The position numbers and the translations under genes are program-made. From contig JANGFR010000002.1 in assembly GCA_024707015.1 (NCBI GenBank), positions 74,007 through 138,006 of the forward strand: a DNA stretch of 64,000 nucleotides, in the 5' to 3' direction. Positions 19,310-30,108 of the stretch are shown here, piece after piece (position 1 is the stretch's first letter; the number at the start of each line of letters is the position of its first letter). The notes beneath the pieces were generated by a model that worked only from the letters and a program-made list of their open reading frames with translations, was not told where the DNA came from and searched no databases. The stretch is from Candidatus Culexarchaeum yellowstonense (GTDB taxonomy: Archaea; Thermoproteota; Methanomethylicia; Culexarchaeales; Culexarchaeaceae).

Positions 19310-20228
19310 ACGTGACCCTTACAACCTCCTTCTCCAATATAAGGAATGTATGCTCCCATTGAGCCACAGGCTTCCCATTACCTTCAACCATATACGGGTA
19401 CTCAGTAATGTATCCCCTATCCAACAATTGATAGAAGGCCTTTGAATATGAGGGGTTGTCTCTAAACTCTGATAGCCAACGCCTAGTGAATGGGAGGTAA
19501 TTGAACCTCCTTTGAATTGCAAGGAAGAGGCTTCTAGCCGCACCCATCTTTGGAGGTCTTGGGCTAACGAGTTTAAATATATTTCCACCCCTAACCCCAT
19601 TAACTTCACCCTTACCTGAATCAATAGTTGCGAAGGGTTCAATGGCATAAGCATATCCTGGATATAGCTTTGTGAATACATCCTTCACTTGCTTAACATT
19701 TGGTATTGCAAATCCAGTATGAAGCTTATACCTATCCATCTGATGCCCACATAGATTCTTTATTGGCTTGAATCCATAGGACTTGATGGTCTTCTCAATT
19801 ATTGCGCTAATCTTCATAACCGAGACGCCAACCTCAATGTCATTTGAAACGTTATCAATGGCTTCCCTAACAGATTTAATTAAATCTTCATGTTCAGAGG
19901 ATAAGTTTATGGTTACAGCTGCATCTGCAATGTACCCATCATAATGTGCACCCACATCAACCTTGACAATACAGTTATCTGGAATTATGGTTCTTGTGTT
20001 TTCATCTGCAGTGTAGTGGGCTGCAACCTCATTTATACATATATTGCATGGGAAGGCTGGCTTACACCCAAACTCAACAATCTTCCTCTCAAGATCATCA
20101 CAAACATCCTTAATACTTACACCTGCACGCACAACCTCAAAAGCCCTATTTATAGCGGCCTTAGCAGCCTCCCCAGCCCTCCTATAAGCCTCAACCACCT
20201 CATCACTTACCAAGCCACTACACCACAA
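19308..20228 (-). CDS. map: Methionine aminopeptidase, type 2 (archaeal MetAP)
   Basis: Pita-bread fold motifs (AHYTADEN, VDVGAHYDGYIADAA, HQMDRY, GYAYAIEPF) in the MetAP2 arrangement. 306 aa. Confidence 0.8.
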   Translation of the reverse strand: MWCSGLVSDEVVEAYRRAGEAAKAAINRAFEVVRAGVSIKDVCDDLERKIVEFGCKPAFPCNICINEVAAHYTADENTRTIIPDNCIVKVDVGAHYDGYIADAAVTINLSSEHEDLIKSVREAIDNVSNDIEVGVSVMKISAIIEKTIKSYGFKPIKNLCGHQMDRYKLHTGFAIPNVKQVKDVFTKLYPGYAYAIEPFATIDSGKGEVNGVRGGNIFKLVSPRPPKMGAARSLFLAIQRRFNYLPFTRRWLSEFRDNPSYSKAFYQLLDRGYITEYPYMVEGNGKPVAQWEHTFLILEKEVVRVT

Positions 20229-20262
20229 ATAAATTTAAGTAAAAACTGTAATTTAAATTAAA

Positions 20263-20724
20263 CTAAAAGAAGAATGGCACATCCTTCCAAACAATGTTAA
20301 GCCATTCAAATTCTGTGACAAGTTCCCTCCTATTAACAGCCTCCTGCAAACCCAATAGCAATGCGTGGTGACGCTTCTCATCATCAAGTATATACCTCAA
20401 AACATACTTCAACCTTTCATCTCCAATAACCTTTATAAGCTCCTCAACATCCCTCATCATTTTCAACTCAACATTTATATGCTCAGCAATGGTCTTCCCA
20501 AGCATCTCATATTCCCCTTCAGTTAGAGGTCTAGCTTCACCCTTCAACATTTCCACTAAAGCTCTAAAGAGATATGCATGTTTCCTAGAATCATATGCTA
20601 TACCAGCCATCAACGCTTTGACCATGACATTAGAAACCTTCGCTGAAGCATCCTCTAAGCTTGTAGCATTCCACTCCTCAGATTTAATCATATCCGTTAT
20701 TCTTGAAATCAACTGACCACTCAT
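20263..20724 (-). CDS. Hypothetical protein, possibly ferritin-like/four-helix-bundle
   Basis: 153 aa, predicted all-helical, with ExxH-like pairs (EHINVE, DEKRHH). Confidence 0.35.
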   Translation of the reverse strand: MSGQLISRITDMIKSEEWNATSLEDASAKVSNVMVKALMAGIAYDSRKHAYLFRALVEMLKGEARPLTEGEYEMLGKTIAEHINVELKMMRDVEELIKVIGDERLKYVLRYILDDEKRHHALLLGLQEAVNRRELVTEFEWLNIVWKDVPFFF

Positions 20725-20782
20725 AAAACAATTTAGAAAAAAGGTGTTATATATGTGTTAGGGTTCAGAGGAGGACGCCCAT

Positions 20783-21853
20783 TTAATGGTTTGGATGAGC
20801 CTTTAAAACGTCGTTGAAAAGCCATGACATGTCGGAAGGTTTCCTCTTAAACTTAATCCTCTCATTCAATGCATGTGTTATTAGGGGTAGAGCAATTGTG
20901 GCATCGCAGTAGCATGTAACCCTCCTACCTTCAGCATCAATTTTACCCCAACTAATAGCCTCCTCCAATGTACAACCAGATAACCCACCCCACTGTGGAG
21001 AATCGGTTGTTATCTGTATGGCGTACTTATGTGGGTAATAGTATTCCTTCAAACTCTTCCTCATGAACCCTTTCCTACCAGGAACACCTTCATGCTTAGT
21101 CTTTGGGGATATGGAGATGGCTATGAGCTGGGTATAATCCTTGGGGACGCCGCCACCAATATATATGACGCCAATATCCTTAACCTTCTCACCTATACCC
21201 ACAAACTGGTCAAAGTCCTTAACGTTATCAACAATTATCGTTTTACCCTCATTCTTAGCCAATAGGAAGGCTTCACCGTAAGCGCTATCTGCAATTGCTG
21301 GACAGAATATGGGGACACCATGCTCCGCAGCCACAGCCACAATGCTCCTAACCCCCCTCTTCAAAAGCCACCTACCAAATAGATGTAAGAATTCCATTGT
21401 TGAGTAAATGTAGTCTTCACGTAAAGTCAGTATAAACTCCTTTATGAGCTCCTCCATAGCAGCATAATCCTTTTCAAGACCGTAAACATCATAATACCTA
21501 TTTATATCGGCTTTCAAAAGCTCCCTATCATTAACCATGTGACTACCCTGCCAATATGAGAATCCCATAGCTTCAACAATATCCTCTGAAACATTAGCCC
21601 CTGTGGAGACCAGCACATCAATAAACCTGTTCTCAATGAGCCAATTAATCATCTTCCACTGTCCAGCAGTACTCATGGATCCAGCTAAACCCATAATTAT
21701 CGTCACATTTGGATCCTTAATCATCTCCTCCCATACTTCCACAGATTCACCGAGCTTCCTACCCTGATAAGCGGTTTTAGCCATTTCTGCAAGCAACTGC
21801 GATATACTCTTCTCTTTCACCTCTATCGATTCAACCTTCCTCTTTAACTCCAC
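20783..21853 (-). CDS. dys: Deoxyhypusine synthase
   Basis: IIMGLAGSMSTAGQWKMINWLIENRFIDVLVSTGANVSEDIVEAMG matches the DHS NAD-binding core (xxGxxSNxISSGLR...VDVLVTTAGGVEED). 356 aa. Confidence 0.6.
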   Translation of the reverse strand: MELKRKVESIEVKEKSISQLLAEMAKTAYQGRKLGESVEVWEEMIKDPNVTIIMGLAGSMSTAGQWKMINWLIENRFIDVLVSTGANVSEDIVEAMGFSYWQGSHMVNDRELLKADINRYYDVYGLEKDYAAMEELIKEFILTLREDYIYSTMEFLHLFGRWLLKRGVRSIVAVAAEHGVPIFCPAIADSAYGEAFLLAKNEGKTIIVDNVKDFDQFVGIGEKVKDIGVIYIGGGVPKDYTQLIAISISPKTKHEGVPGRKGFMRKSLKEYYYPHKYAIQITTDSPQWGGLSGCTLEEAISWGKIDAEGRRVTCYCDATIALPLITHALNERIKFKRKPSDMSWLFNDVLKAHPNH

Positions 21854-22070
21854 TTTCAGATTATACCTCCGTTATTTCCTAATATGTAAGTTAATACACT
21901 TTTATCCTTTTCTATTCTAAACTTATATCTGAGAAAATGTGGTGAAAATGTATATTAATGTTGATAAACAGGATAATTTGGTTATAAACTTCATAATTCA
22001 TTTTTACTTTGAAAATATATGTGAAAAATCTATTTGAATCTATTAGAATGCTAATTTATTGTAGGGAGGG

Positions 22071-22970
22071 TTAGTTTCCCAATACTTCAAGGACCTCTAA
22101 ACTTATGTCCACACGCTCGGGATTCATGGTTATCCTGCTGGTGCTTATAACGTCAACATCCAATTTAGCATAATCGGTAATATTATCAAAACCTATTCCA
22201 CCACTCACTTCAATGATAACCTTATCCCTTAATCCTCTCCGCTTAAGCTCATTTAAAACATTTGAACATTCCTCAACACTCATATTATCCAGCATTATTA
22301 TGTCAGCTCCAGCTTCAACAGCTTCAATAGTCTCCTCCAAACTCTTAACTTCCACTTCAACCTTATGCATGAATGACGCCCTCTCCCTAGCAGTCTTAAC
22401 TGCATTGGCAACACCACCTAGAATTGCAATATGATTATCCTTCACCAATACTGCATCGCTAAGAGAGAATCTATGGGTATCTCCACCACCATAAGCCACA
22501 GCCCTCTTAACCAGATACCTTAATCCAGGGGGAACCTTGCGGGTGGCAGCCAACCTAACCCTCCCATTAACCATCCTAACCTTGTTGAGGAGAGTCCTTG
22601 TTGAAGTGGCAACACCAAATAGGTAGGATAGGAGGTTCAGTAGAGTCCTCTCCACTAGAAGTATACTCCTCGCAGAACCTTCAAGAAACATTAAAACATC
22701 TCCAGCTTTAAAATCTTGACCGCTCCTAACTCTACATTCAACCCTAATTCCTAGAAGCTCTAAAACCTCAGATAAATCTTCAATGCAAGCAACAACCCCA
22801 CTAGACTTGGCTATGACTGCAGCCTTAACTTTGCAATCCCTTGGAATTAGGAGTTCCGAGGTTAAATCCCCATGTGGAGCATCTTCAAGAAGCCATTTCA
22901 TAAAAGCGTCACGTAGCAACCCCATAATACCATCACTCCAGCAACTCCAAGGAGTTGAATATTGCCTCAC
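22071..22970 (-). CDS. nadC: Nicotinate-nucleotide pyrophosphorylase (quinolinate phosphoribosyltransferase)
   Basis: HGDLTSELL N-terminal motif and ATRKVPPGLRYLVKRAVAYGGGDTHRFSLSDAVLVKDNHI matches the NadC active-site block (TRKTxPGLR...GGxxNHR...DxxLIKDNH). Overlaps nadA by 38 nt. Confidence 0.85.
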   Translation of the reverse strand: MRQYSTPWSCWSDGIMGLLRDAFMKWLLEDAPHGDLTSELLIPRDCKVKAAVIAKSSGVVACIEDLSEVLELLGIRVECRVRSGQDFKAGDVLMFLEGSARSILLVERTLLNLLSYLFGVATSTRTLLNKVRMVNGRVRLAATRKVPPGLRYLVKRAVAYGGGDTHRFSLSDAVLVKDNHIAILGGVANAVKTARERASFMHKVEVEVKSLEETIEAVEAGADIIMLDNMSVEECSNVLNELKRRGLRDKVIIEVSGGIGFDNITDYAKLDVDVISTSRITMNPERVDISLEVLEVLGN

Positions 22971-23841
22971 GGGCTTTAGAGATTACTTCACGATCCAATG
23001 TAACTCTAAACTTAAGATTCTCAAGGCAATTTATAATCTTCCTTGGGGTGATCTTCTTCATATCAACACATACAGCTCTACAGTTGACTGGGAAAATCCT
23101 CTTACCCTCATAAAGCTTCCTAGCTCTATAAGTCAACCCCTCCTCAGTACCTAGGAGGAATTCATCCCCCTCAAGATCGCCAATAGCCCTAATCATACCA
23201 CTAGTGCTACCAACAAAATGTGCAATTCTACGGACACCTCTAGGAACCTCTGGGTGGACGAGTAGTTTAGCATTGGGATGAAGCTTCAAAGCCTCCAAAA
23301 CATAATATTCATCCAATAGATATTCGTGGACTGGGCAATGGGATTCTGGAGATAACTGTATAACATTAACATTCAATTTCTCAGAAATGTAATCGGCAAG
23401 ATTCCGATCAGGCCCAAAAATCACATTTTCAACATTCAACTTCGAAATAAGCCTCAGAATAGAGGAGCTTGTTACAAAGTAGTCTGCAGCAGCCTTAACC
23501 TCAATGGGAGAATTAACGTAAACCACCACGGGGACACCCTTAAACCTACTCCTAAAATCAGAAATCAAACCAGCATTAACACTATCAGCCAATGGACATC
23601 TGGAATTAGGTTCCGGATGCAAAACGATCCTATCTGGGTTTATTGCAGCCACAATTTCAGCCATAAACCTAACACCAGCCACAACAATCACATCAGCATC
23701 CAAATCAACAGCCCTAAAAGCCATTTCAAGACTATCCCCAACGAAATCAGCTAAATCCTGAACTTCTGGGGGCTGATAGTTGTGTGCAAGTATAACAGCC
23801 TTACGCCTCCTCTTCAAATCCTCAAGCAAATCTAAACTCAA
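22933..23841 (-). CDS. nadA: Quinolinate synthase
   Basis: VILAHNYQ N-terminal hallmark, three-fold repeated architecture and conserved Cys for the [4Fe-4S] cluster. 302 aa. Confidence 0.85.
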   Translation of the reverse strand: MSLDLLEDLKRRRKAVILAHNYQPPEVQDLADFVGDSLEMAFRAVDLDADVIVVAGVRFMAEIVAAINPDRIVLHPEPNSRCPLADSVNAGLISDFRSRFKGVPVVVYVNSPIEVKAAADYFVTSSSILRLISKLNVENVIFGPDRNLADYISEKLNVNVIQLSPESHCPVHEYLLDEYYVLEALKLHPNAKLLVHPEVPRGVRRIAHFVGSTSGMIRAIGDLEGDEFLLGTEEGLTYRARKLYEGKRIFPVNCRAVCVDMKKITPRKIINCLENLKFRVTLDREVISKAREAIFNSLELLE

Positions 23842-23964
23842 AACACATCAACCCCACAAGAGCGCCATCCAAACATTTAGTATAAATTGTTTAGAGAGAT
23901 TATAATAAAGATATCCCAGAATTCTGGTAAACGTTTAAATGCTTAACTGGGATTAATGTGATAC

Positions 23965-25110
23965 ATGATTGATTTAAGGGAATTTAGACTTGAAAGATGG
24001 CAAAGCCTAAGGGAAACCAAGGCAAAAATACTTTTAAGTGAAAGTGGAGTTGAACCACTAAGCATTGGAGAACTCAAAGAGATAATTGGAGAACCAATAC
24101 TTGAAGATGAATTTACAATTGGATATGGATGGACTAAGGGAAGCATTGAACTTAGAGAAGCAATAATGAATACTTATCAAGCAAAGCTGAACGTGGATAA
24201 CATACTCGTAACCCATGGAAGCGTAGAAGCAAACCTATTGGTAACATTATCGCAAGTGAAAAGTGGAGACAAAGTAATACTGGAGAAGCCAAACTACATG
24301 CAAATACATGGATTAACAGAATGGATTGGAGCAAAACAAAACTTCATATGGAGGAAGAGGGAAAACGATTTCAAAATAGATTTAACGGAACTCATAAACT
24401 TAATGAGAAGGGAGAAGCCTAAAGCAATATTCCTAACAAACCCAAACAACCCCACAGGACAATATCTAACCACAAAGGAATTGGAAGAAGTATATGTTGA
24501 AGCGGAAAGGTTAAATGCAAAGGTTATTGTGGATGAAGTCTACCTTGGAACAGAACATGAAGATGATAAGTTAAAGAGCATAGCGGATATAGGATTTGAA
24601 AGTGGAAACTTTATAGCTACATCAGGATTATCAAAGGCATACGGACTCCCAGGACTTAGAATCGGATGGATAATAGCTGGGGAAAGGGAGATAGAGAGGA
24701 TGTGGAGCTTAAAGGATTACACAACAATAGCACCATCAAAGATAAGTGATAAAATAGCATCCAAATGCCTACAACCACAAGCAAGAATGAAGATACTGGA
24801 AAGAACGAAAAGGATATTGAATGAGAATGTGAAAATCCTAAAAGAAGCTTCCAAAAACCTAGAGAAAATTAGAGTGCATATGCCGAAGGCTGGAGCAATA
24901 TTCCTAATGGAATTCATAGATAGAAGTGACGATGAAGAGATATGTGAAGAACTATTCAGAGAATATGGGATACTAATATGCCCAGGATCCACATTCGATT
25001 TAAAGGGGTTTGCAAGAGTTGGCATGGGAGCTAAACCAGAATTATTCAAAGAAAGACTGGAAATATTGAAACAATCCATTACAAAAATACTCTCAAAGGA
25101 GAAAGGTTAA
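23965..25110 (+). CDS. Pyridoxal-phosphate-dependent aminotransferase, class I/II (aspartate/aromatic aminotransferase-like)
   Basis: Fold-type I pattern with the PLP-lysine region SGLSKAYGLPGLRIGW and the NPNNPTG motif. 381 aa. Confidence 0.8.
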   Translation: MIDLREFRLERWQSLRETKAKILLSESGVEPLSIGELKEIIGEPILEDEFTIGYGWTKGSIELREAIMNTYQAKLNVDNILVTHGSVEANLLVTLSQVKSGDKVILEKPNYMQIHGLTEWIGAKQNFIWRKRENDFKIDLTELINLMRREKPKAIFLTNPNNPTGQYLTTKELEEVYVEAERLNAKVIVDEVYLGTEHEDDKLKSIADIGFESGNFIATSGLSKAYGLPGLRIGWIIAGEREIERMWSLKDYTTIAPSKISDKIASKCLQPQARMKILERTKRILNENVKILKEASKNLEKIRVHMPKAGAIFLMEFIDRSDDEEICEELFREYGILICPGSTFDLKGFARVGMGAKPELFKERLEILKQSITKILSKEKG

Positions 25111-25154
25111 AGCATATAAGCACATATGCAAACTTTGATTTAATGGTGTGAATA

Positions 25155-25934
25155 ATGAGTCTTGAGTGGAGGATAAGTAGACTGATATGGGAGTACACTG
25201 CGAAGGATTGGGTGGAAAACATTATAAAAAATGATGTTACAATAGTTGGGGCAGGACCCTCCGGATTAACAGCCTCAAAATATCTAGCGGAAAAAGGTTT
25301 GAAAACCGTGATTATAGAGAAGAGGCTCAGCTTTGGTGGAGGGATTGGCGGAGGCGGAATGCTACTACACAAAGTTGTTGTGGGTGAAGAGGCAAAACAG
25401 ATACTGGATGAAATGAACATTAAAGCTGTTAAAGCAGATGAAGGACTCTATGTTGTAGACACATATGAATTAATGACGAAACTAGCTTACAACGCCATTG
25501 AAGCTGGTGCAAAGATAGTATATGGACTCCAAGTGGATGACGTGATATATAGGGATAACCCACCAAGAATAACTGGCGTAGTAGTATTGTGGTCGGCAAT
25601 ACCCCTATCCGGATTACATGTAGACCCACTATTCATAGAATCAAAAGCAGTTGTAGATGCAACTGGACATGAAGCACAAGTAATATCCATAGCTTCAAAG
25701 AAGAATCCATCACTAAACATAAGCGTGATGGGGGAGAGATCAGCATACGCAGAACTTGCAGAGAAGCTTGTGGTAGACTACACTGGGAGAATCATACCAG
25801 GACTCTACGCAACAGGAATGTCAGTTGCAGCCATATACAACCTACCAAGAATGGGACCAATATTTGGAGGAATGCTACTATCAGGGAAAAAGATTGCAGA
25901 AATAATATACAACGACATCAAGAAAACCCAATAA
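25155..25934 (+). CDS. thi4: Thiamine thiazole synthase Thi4, archaeal His-type (ribose-1,5-bisphosphate isomerase-like family)
   Basis: [21 protein letters not shown] dinucleotide motif and the [14 protein letters not shown] glycine-rich loop. VDATGHEA has His where yeast Thi4 has the suicide Cys, as in non-suicidal archaeal Thi4. Confidence 0.85.
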   Translation: MSLEWRISRLIWEYTAKDWVENIIKNDVTIVGAGPSGLTASKYLAEKGLKTVIIEKRLSFGGGIGGGGMLLHKVVVGEEAKQILDEMNIKAVKADEGLYVVDTYELMTKLAYNAIEAGAKIVYGLQVDDVIYRDNPPRITGVVVLWSAIPLSGLHVDPLFIESKAVVDATGHEAQVISIASKKNPSLNISVMGERSAYAELAEKLVVDYTGRIIPGLYATGMSVAAIYNLPRMGPIFGGMLLSGKKIAEIIYNDIKKTQ

Positions 25935-25962
25935 ACAATAAAGGAAGTTATAACAAAAACAT

Positions 25963-25970
25963 AAAAAAAA
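25963..25970 (-). terminator. A8 on the plus strand, T8 on the minus strand, immediately 3' of the minus-strand gene 25977..27221; candidate oligo-T terminator
   Basis: acatAAAAAAAAgaag located 7 nt beyond the stop of the minus-strand CDS. Confidence 0.3.
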
Positions 25971-25976
25971 GAAGTT

Positions 25977-27221
25977 TTATGTTTTCAGTATAATGGCCCA
26001 GCATGGCAAACTATAATCAGCATTAACAGTCCTATAAACCTTAATATAATATACCGAAACGGTATAACCACTCTCACAATAAACTATTACTGTAGCATCT
26101 ACTGCATACCCACTCTTTAGAACTAAACACACATCAATTGAGACTACCAATGATACTGGCAAATAATCTAATGGTATGGTACGCACAAACCCAAACCCGG
26201 GAAGCGCAAACTGTGTACTTACATCTTCACGAAGCTTAACATCAGTTGTAGGATTTGCAGGGTATAAACCCTGCCCAGGAGAGCTCTTCAAAAATTGTTC
26301 AGTACCACCAATGTCGTCAACACCTTTAGTAGTATCTAGGGAATCCGGAAGATGATAACGTATGTATACCCTATGCTCCCTATAAAGTTCACCGCCATCA
26401 GCAGGCTCCTCATACTCCCAACACTCATAAGTAAATGTGACTAAACATGAAATATAGTTAACGCTACTCTGCGGAACATTAAATAAGAGTGTTTTCTCAC
26501 TTTGTGATGTAACCCAACTTATCTCCTTATCAACTTTCCATGGAATTATTATTGTACCACTATATTTTAAAGTGACTGAGAACGTGCATTTGAAAGCTAT
26601 CTCCTCATATTTATTCATAGTATAATCAACGGTAGCCGTGGTATGGGGGTCTGTAGCCACTTTGAATAATGTTTCTCTTAGTGATTCCTCCTTGCTGTAT
26701 ACTAGTGTGGCCCATGGAGGGGCTTGTTGTTTGTAGTTAACTGTGGAGGCAAGTGCACCTTCAACCTTAAGGAGCCTATCCTTCAGCTCTACCATTGTGC
26801 TGGTGATCAGTGGGCCAATGGTTTTTAATGGTAATTTCACGGATCCAGTTCCAAAGTACTTGTATTCCCCAACCCTCCCTATGACGGTTATGTAGAATCC
26901 TGGACTAATTTGTATGGCTTTTTGAACGGAATTCCAATTAATTATTGGTTTGATTACCTCTCCTATTGAGAATTCAAATGTTGCCATTCCTTGATTATCT
27001 GTAGAGGCCACTGCCATTAGGCGGGTTCCATTCGGGGTTACTGCAAAAACGTATACATTGGCATCGCTAACGGCTTTATCATCCTTAACCACAAGGACGG
27101 CCAAATGAATTGTGTTAAGCTCCTTTCCTACAACAATTGCACCATACAATGAGACTATGAAGAGCAATATGATAATTATAGTTCTCAAATTCGATTTTAT
27201 AATAAACATTACGGATCCCAA
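25977..27221 (-). CDS. Hypothetical exported protein with an N-terminal signal/anchor
   Basis: 414 aa. N-terminal TM (IIIILLFIVSLYGAIVV), beta-rich Thr/Val-rich body, several N-x-T/S sequons. Confidence 0.45.
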   Translation of the reverse strand: MGSVMFIIKSNLRTIIIILLFIVSLYGAIVVGKELNTIHLAVLVVKDDKAVSDANVYVFAVTPNGTRLMAVASTDNQGMATFEFSIGEVIKPIINWNSVQKAIQISPGFYITVIGRVGEYKYFGTGSVKLPLKTIGPLITSTMVELKDRLLKVEGALASTVNYKQQAPPWATLVYSKEESLRETLFKVATDPHTTATVDYTMNKYEEIAFKCTFSVTLKYSGTIIIPWKVDKEISWVTSQSEKTLLFNVPQSSVNYISCLVTFTYECWEYEEPADGGELYREHRVYIRYHLPDSLDTTKGVDDIGGTEQFLKSSPGQGLYPANPTTDVKLREDVSTQFALPGFGFVRTIPLDYLPVSLVVSIDVCLVLKSGYAVDATVIVYCESGYTVSVYYIKVYRTVNADYSLPCWAIILKT

Positions 27222-27314
27222 AAATTTTAGTTTGAATTCAAGTATATATATCGCTAGCTAAAGCGATTAAGGTTTAAAAAAAGATTGGTTTTGAGTAGCC
27301 GATGTTGGATTGTT

Positions 27315-28214
27315 TTACCAGTTTATTTCTGGTCTTAGGTTTAGGTAGTATGCTATGTTGGCTTTACCGTTTATTACTGGTTTAATTTTACCTTTGCTTG
27401 AGGTTAGTATAGTTGTTACTCCTGGACCGTGGCCTGCAATATATGAATTTGTGTGTACAACTACGCCTATGGTTACAGCCCCCCTCCTATAAATTCTACC
27501 GTAAGTGCTATCTGCATCCATTATTGCAACTATGTCTCCAAGTCTCAGTGTGGATAAATTATGCTTCTTAACAGTTTCCTCATCGAATAATGTTATGTCG
27601 TAATCTCCACTGTATGTTTGATTGCTACCTAAACCGGAACCCATTATCCCAGCTGGAATTATATGTGTAACTCCAACTACGAGGCAATCTCCCTCAACGG
27701 ATAGGTTCATCTTCATTAGTAGTGATGGATCTATATTCATTACTGTGATGTCTGGGAAGTCTAGGAGTTTTAATCCTTGACCGAAGGCTTTAACTTGAAC
27801 TTTATCCCCTATAACCAGTTTATCCAAAACTTCCGGTGGGAAATCCACCATAACATGTTCTATTCCACCATGCTTACCAGTGATGTATCCAATTGCCCCC
27901 TTAGCTTCCCCACTAACAACTCTAGCCTCATTACCAATACATGATAGAACGTTCAATGCATTATTAGGCCCTTCAGGGTTACCTGGGTAGCTGGATAAAT
28001 TCTTTATGCTAACACCAGGCTCCACGTGATCTGCAACCCAATTGACAGCTGAATCTCCAACGCGAACATTATACCTTATCCCACCAACCCCTGGGCACAC
28101 TATCAATTGGCCGAAAGCTGAAATGTTGTATGGTGGATACCTGAATACTGGGCTTGCCACTTCACCTATCACAGAAACTTTAACAAGCCTATCAACATTG
28201 GTTTTCAAATTCAT
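27315..28214 (-). CDS. Conserved hypothetical protein, possibly DUF4438-like
   Basis: 299 aa, soluble, glycine-rich beta-rich sequence. Family assignment is tentative and from memory only. Confidence 0.4.
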   Translation of the reverse strand: MNLKTNVDRLVKVSVIGEVASPVFRYPPYNISAFGQLIVCPGVGGIRYNVRVGDSAVNWVADHVEPGVSIKNLSSYPGNPEGPNNALNVLSCIGNEARVVSGEAKGAIGYITGKHGGIEHVMVDFPPEVLDKLVIGDKVQVKAFGQGLKLLDFPDITVMNIDPSLLMKMNLSVEGDCLVVGVTHIIPAGIMGSGLGSNQTYSGDYDITLFDEETVKKHNLSTLRLGDIVAIMDADSTYGRIYRRGAVTIGVVVHTNSYIAGHGPGVTTILTSSKGKIKPVINGKANIAYYLNLRPEINW

Positions 28215-28235
28215 TTAGATCACCATTAAGAATTA

Positions 28236-28778
28236 TTATTGTTTACCAAATTTAAAGGATTCCACATTCAACTTTACACCATAAGATTCAATGCTCACAA
28301 TATCCTCCAATGAAACTCTAGTGGATGTGCGTTCATGCGCCGGATATCCAAGGGTAATTGCACATACAACCCTAAACTTGTCTGGGATGTTTAGGATCCT
28401 CTTAAACTCACTTTCAAAGGGTGTGAATTGGACGCCAATCCAACATGAACCCAACCCTTCAGAGAAGGCTGTTAAAAGGATGTTTTGAACTGCTGCACCA
28501 GCATCATTCTGCCAGAATACTGGAGACTTCTCAGGGTCTGCTAAGACAACTATAACCACTGGGCTGGAGGCCATATGCTTACCATAAGGATGTATGCTTG
28601 CAAGCTTCTCACGAACAGATTTATCCCTAACAATTATGAAGTGCCATGGCTGTGAATTGTGAGCTGATGGAGCCCACCTAGCAGCTTCCAAACACTTCAA
28701 AACCTTCTCAGGCTCCACAGGCTTATCCAAATACCTCCTAATACTCCTCCTCTTCAATATGGCTTCCAAGACATCCAT
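28236..28778 (-). CDS. Nitroreductase family protein (FMN-dependent)
   Basis: ILKRRSIRRY...APSAHNSQPWHFIIV is the canonical nitroreductase N-terminal motif. 180 aa. Confidence 0.85.
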   Translation of the reverse strand: MDVLEAILKRRSIRRYLDKPVEPEKVLKCLEAARWAPSAHNSQPWHFIIVRDKSVREKLASIHPYGKHMASSPVVIVVLADPEKSPVFWQNDAGAAVQNILLTAFSEGLGSCWIGVQFTPFESEFKRILNIPDKFRVVCAITLGYPAHERTSTRVSLEDIVSIESYGVKLNVESFKFGKQ

Positions 28779-28823
28779 GATAAAACTATTTCCTAGACAA
28801 CCTATATAAACGTTAATATGACG

Positions 28824-30071
28824 CTAAAAGCGGTATTCCACTCTAACCCCCTCAGATGGACGTGAATAGAATGCCATTGGAAATCCACGATCAATACAGG
28901 CTTTACAAACCCTTTCCGCAGAACCCTCATCCCTAACTAAACCGATAATAGCTCCACCAAGCCCAGCTCCAGAAATCTTAGCTCCCAAAGCACCATTATC
29001 AATCATAACCCTCCTAATATCCTCAAGTATTGGTAGACTAACATCATAGTAATCCCTCAAAAGTTCATGCTGATAATTAACTATTAAACCAAGCAAACTC
29101 AATTTATCTTCAAAATCCACATGACACTCTAAATTCATGAGGCTACTAAGATCTTCAAATCTAGGTTTAATGACCCCCTTAATTAAATTCACAGCGTAAA
29201 TCGTGGATTTATTCATTTTAATTGTGAATATGAGTCTATTGGCAAGCTTTTTGGGTATGGAATTCAAGTATGGTTTGAGATCTTCCTCAGAAATTAAATG
29301 CCATGAAACTCTATCATAGGATGTTGAAAGCTTAGACTTCAGATTCTCATCAACACCAACCTCAAATAACAATATCCTTAAAGCTTCATTAAGCTCAGCC
29401 TGTCTAACTGGGTGAACATTGAAAATCCTCCTATGAACTCCTGAATCCACAACCACGAAAACTAAGTCTTCATGGGGTAGATGCTCAATGGTGCATGGAG
29501 GCTTAGGATCTAGGAGAACTACTCCACCATAAGAACATGCATACTGATCCAATCTACCACAAGGAATACCCATAACATCATGCTCAGCGAAGTAAGCCAA
29601 TTCAGCAATCCTATGCCTATCTAGATTCAACCCATAAATTTCGGATACAAGCTTAATTATTGAAACTTCAAGGGCAGCACTACTTGCAAGACCGGAACCC
29701 ATGGGTATTTCACTCCACAAAACAATATTAATGCCATTTAGTTTGAAGCCGAAAACATCCATAGACTTGAAAACAGCTCTAACATAATCCCCAAACCATC
29801 CACCACCAATAAGATTGAAATCACCAATACTGAAACTATCAAAACCATTGGGAATATTTAGTGAAGTGAAATTTACAACTCCACCACAACCCCTAACACC
29901 AGCCACATAACATCTAAGATTAATGGCAACTGGAACTACTGGTAAACCCTTATAATCTTGATGGGTATTCAGGAAGTCAACTCTACCAGGACTGGATACT
30001 AAAACTGGTTTAAAATTTGCATTGGAGGGGAGATGTGAAATCAATTTACGGCGAATTTCACTTGCATCCAC
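28824..30071 (-). CDS. GHMP kinase family protein, galactokinase-like
   Basis: PGRVDFLNTHQDYKGLPVVPVAI resembles the galactokinase signature GRVNLIGEHTDY...LPxAI. PMGSGLASSAALEV is GHMP motif II (PxGSGLGSSAA). 415 aa. Confidence 0.7.
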   Translation of the reverse strand: MDASEIRRKLISHLPSNANFKPVLVSSPGRVDFLNTHQDYKGLPVVPVAINLRCYVAGVRGCGGVVNFTSLNIPNGFDSFSIGDFNLIGGGWFGDYVRAVFKSMDVFGFKLNGINIVLWSEIPMGSGLASSAALEVSIIKLVSEIYGLNLDRHRIAELAYFAEHDVMGIPCGRLDQYACSYGGVVLLDPKPPCTIEHLPHEDLVFVVVDSGVHRRIFNVHPVRQAELNEALRILLFEVGVDENLKSKLSTSYDRVSWHLISEEDLKPYLNSIPKKLANRLIFTIKMNKSTIYAVNLIKGVIKPRFEDLSSLMNLECHVDFEDKLSLLGLIVNYQHELLRDYYDVSLPILEDIRRVMIDNGALGAKISGAGLGGAIIGLVRDEGSAERVCKACIDRGFPMAFYSRPSEGVRVEYRF

Positions 30072-30108
30072 AATAATGATATAAGGTGAAGTTTTATAGA
30101 AATTTATT

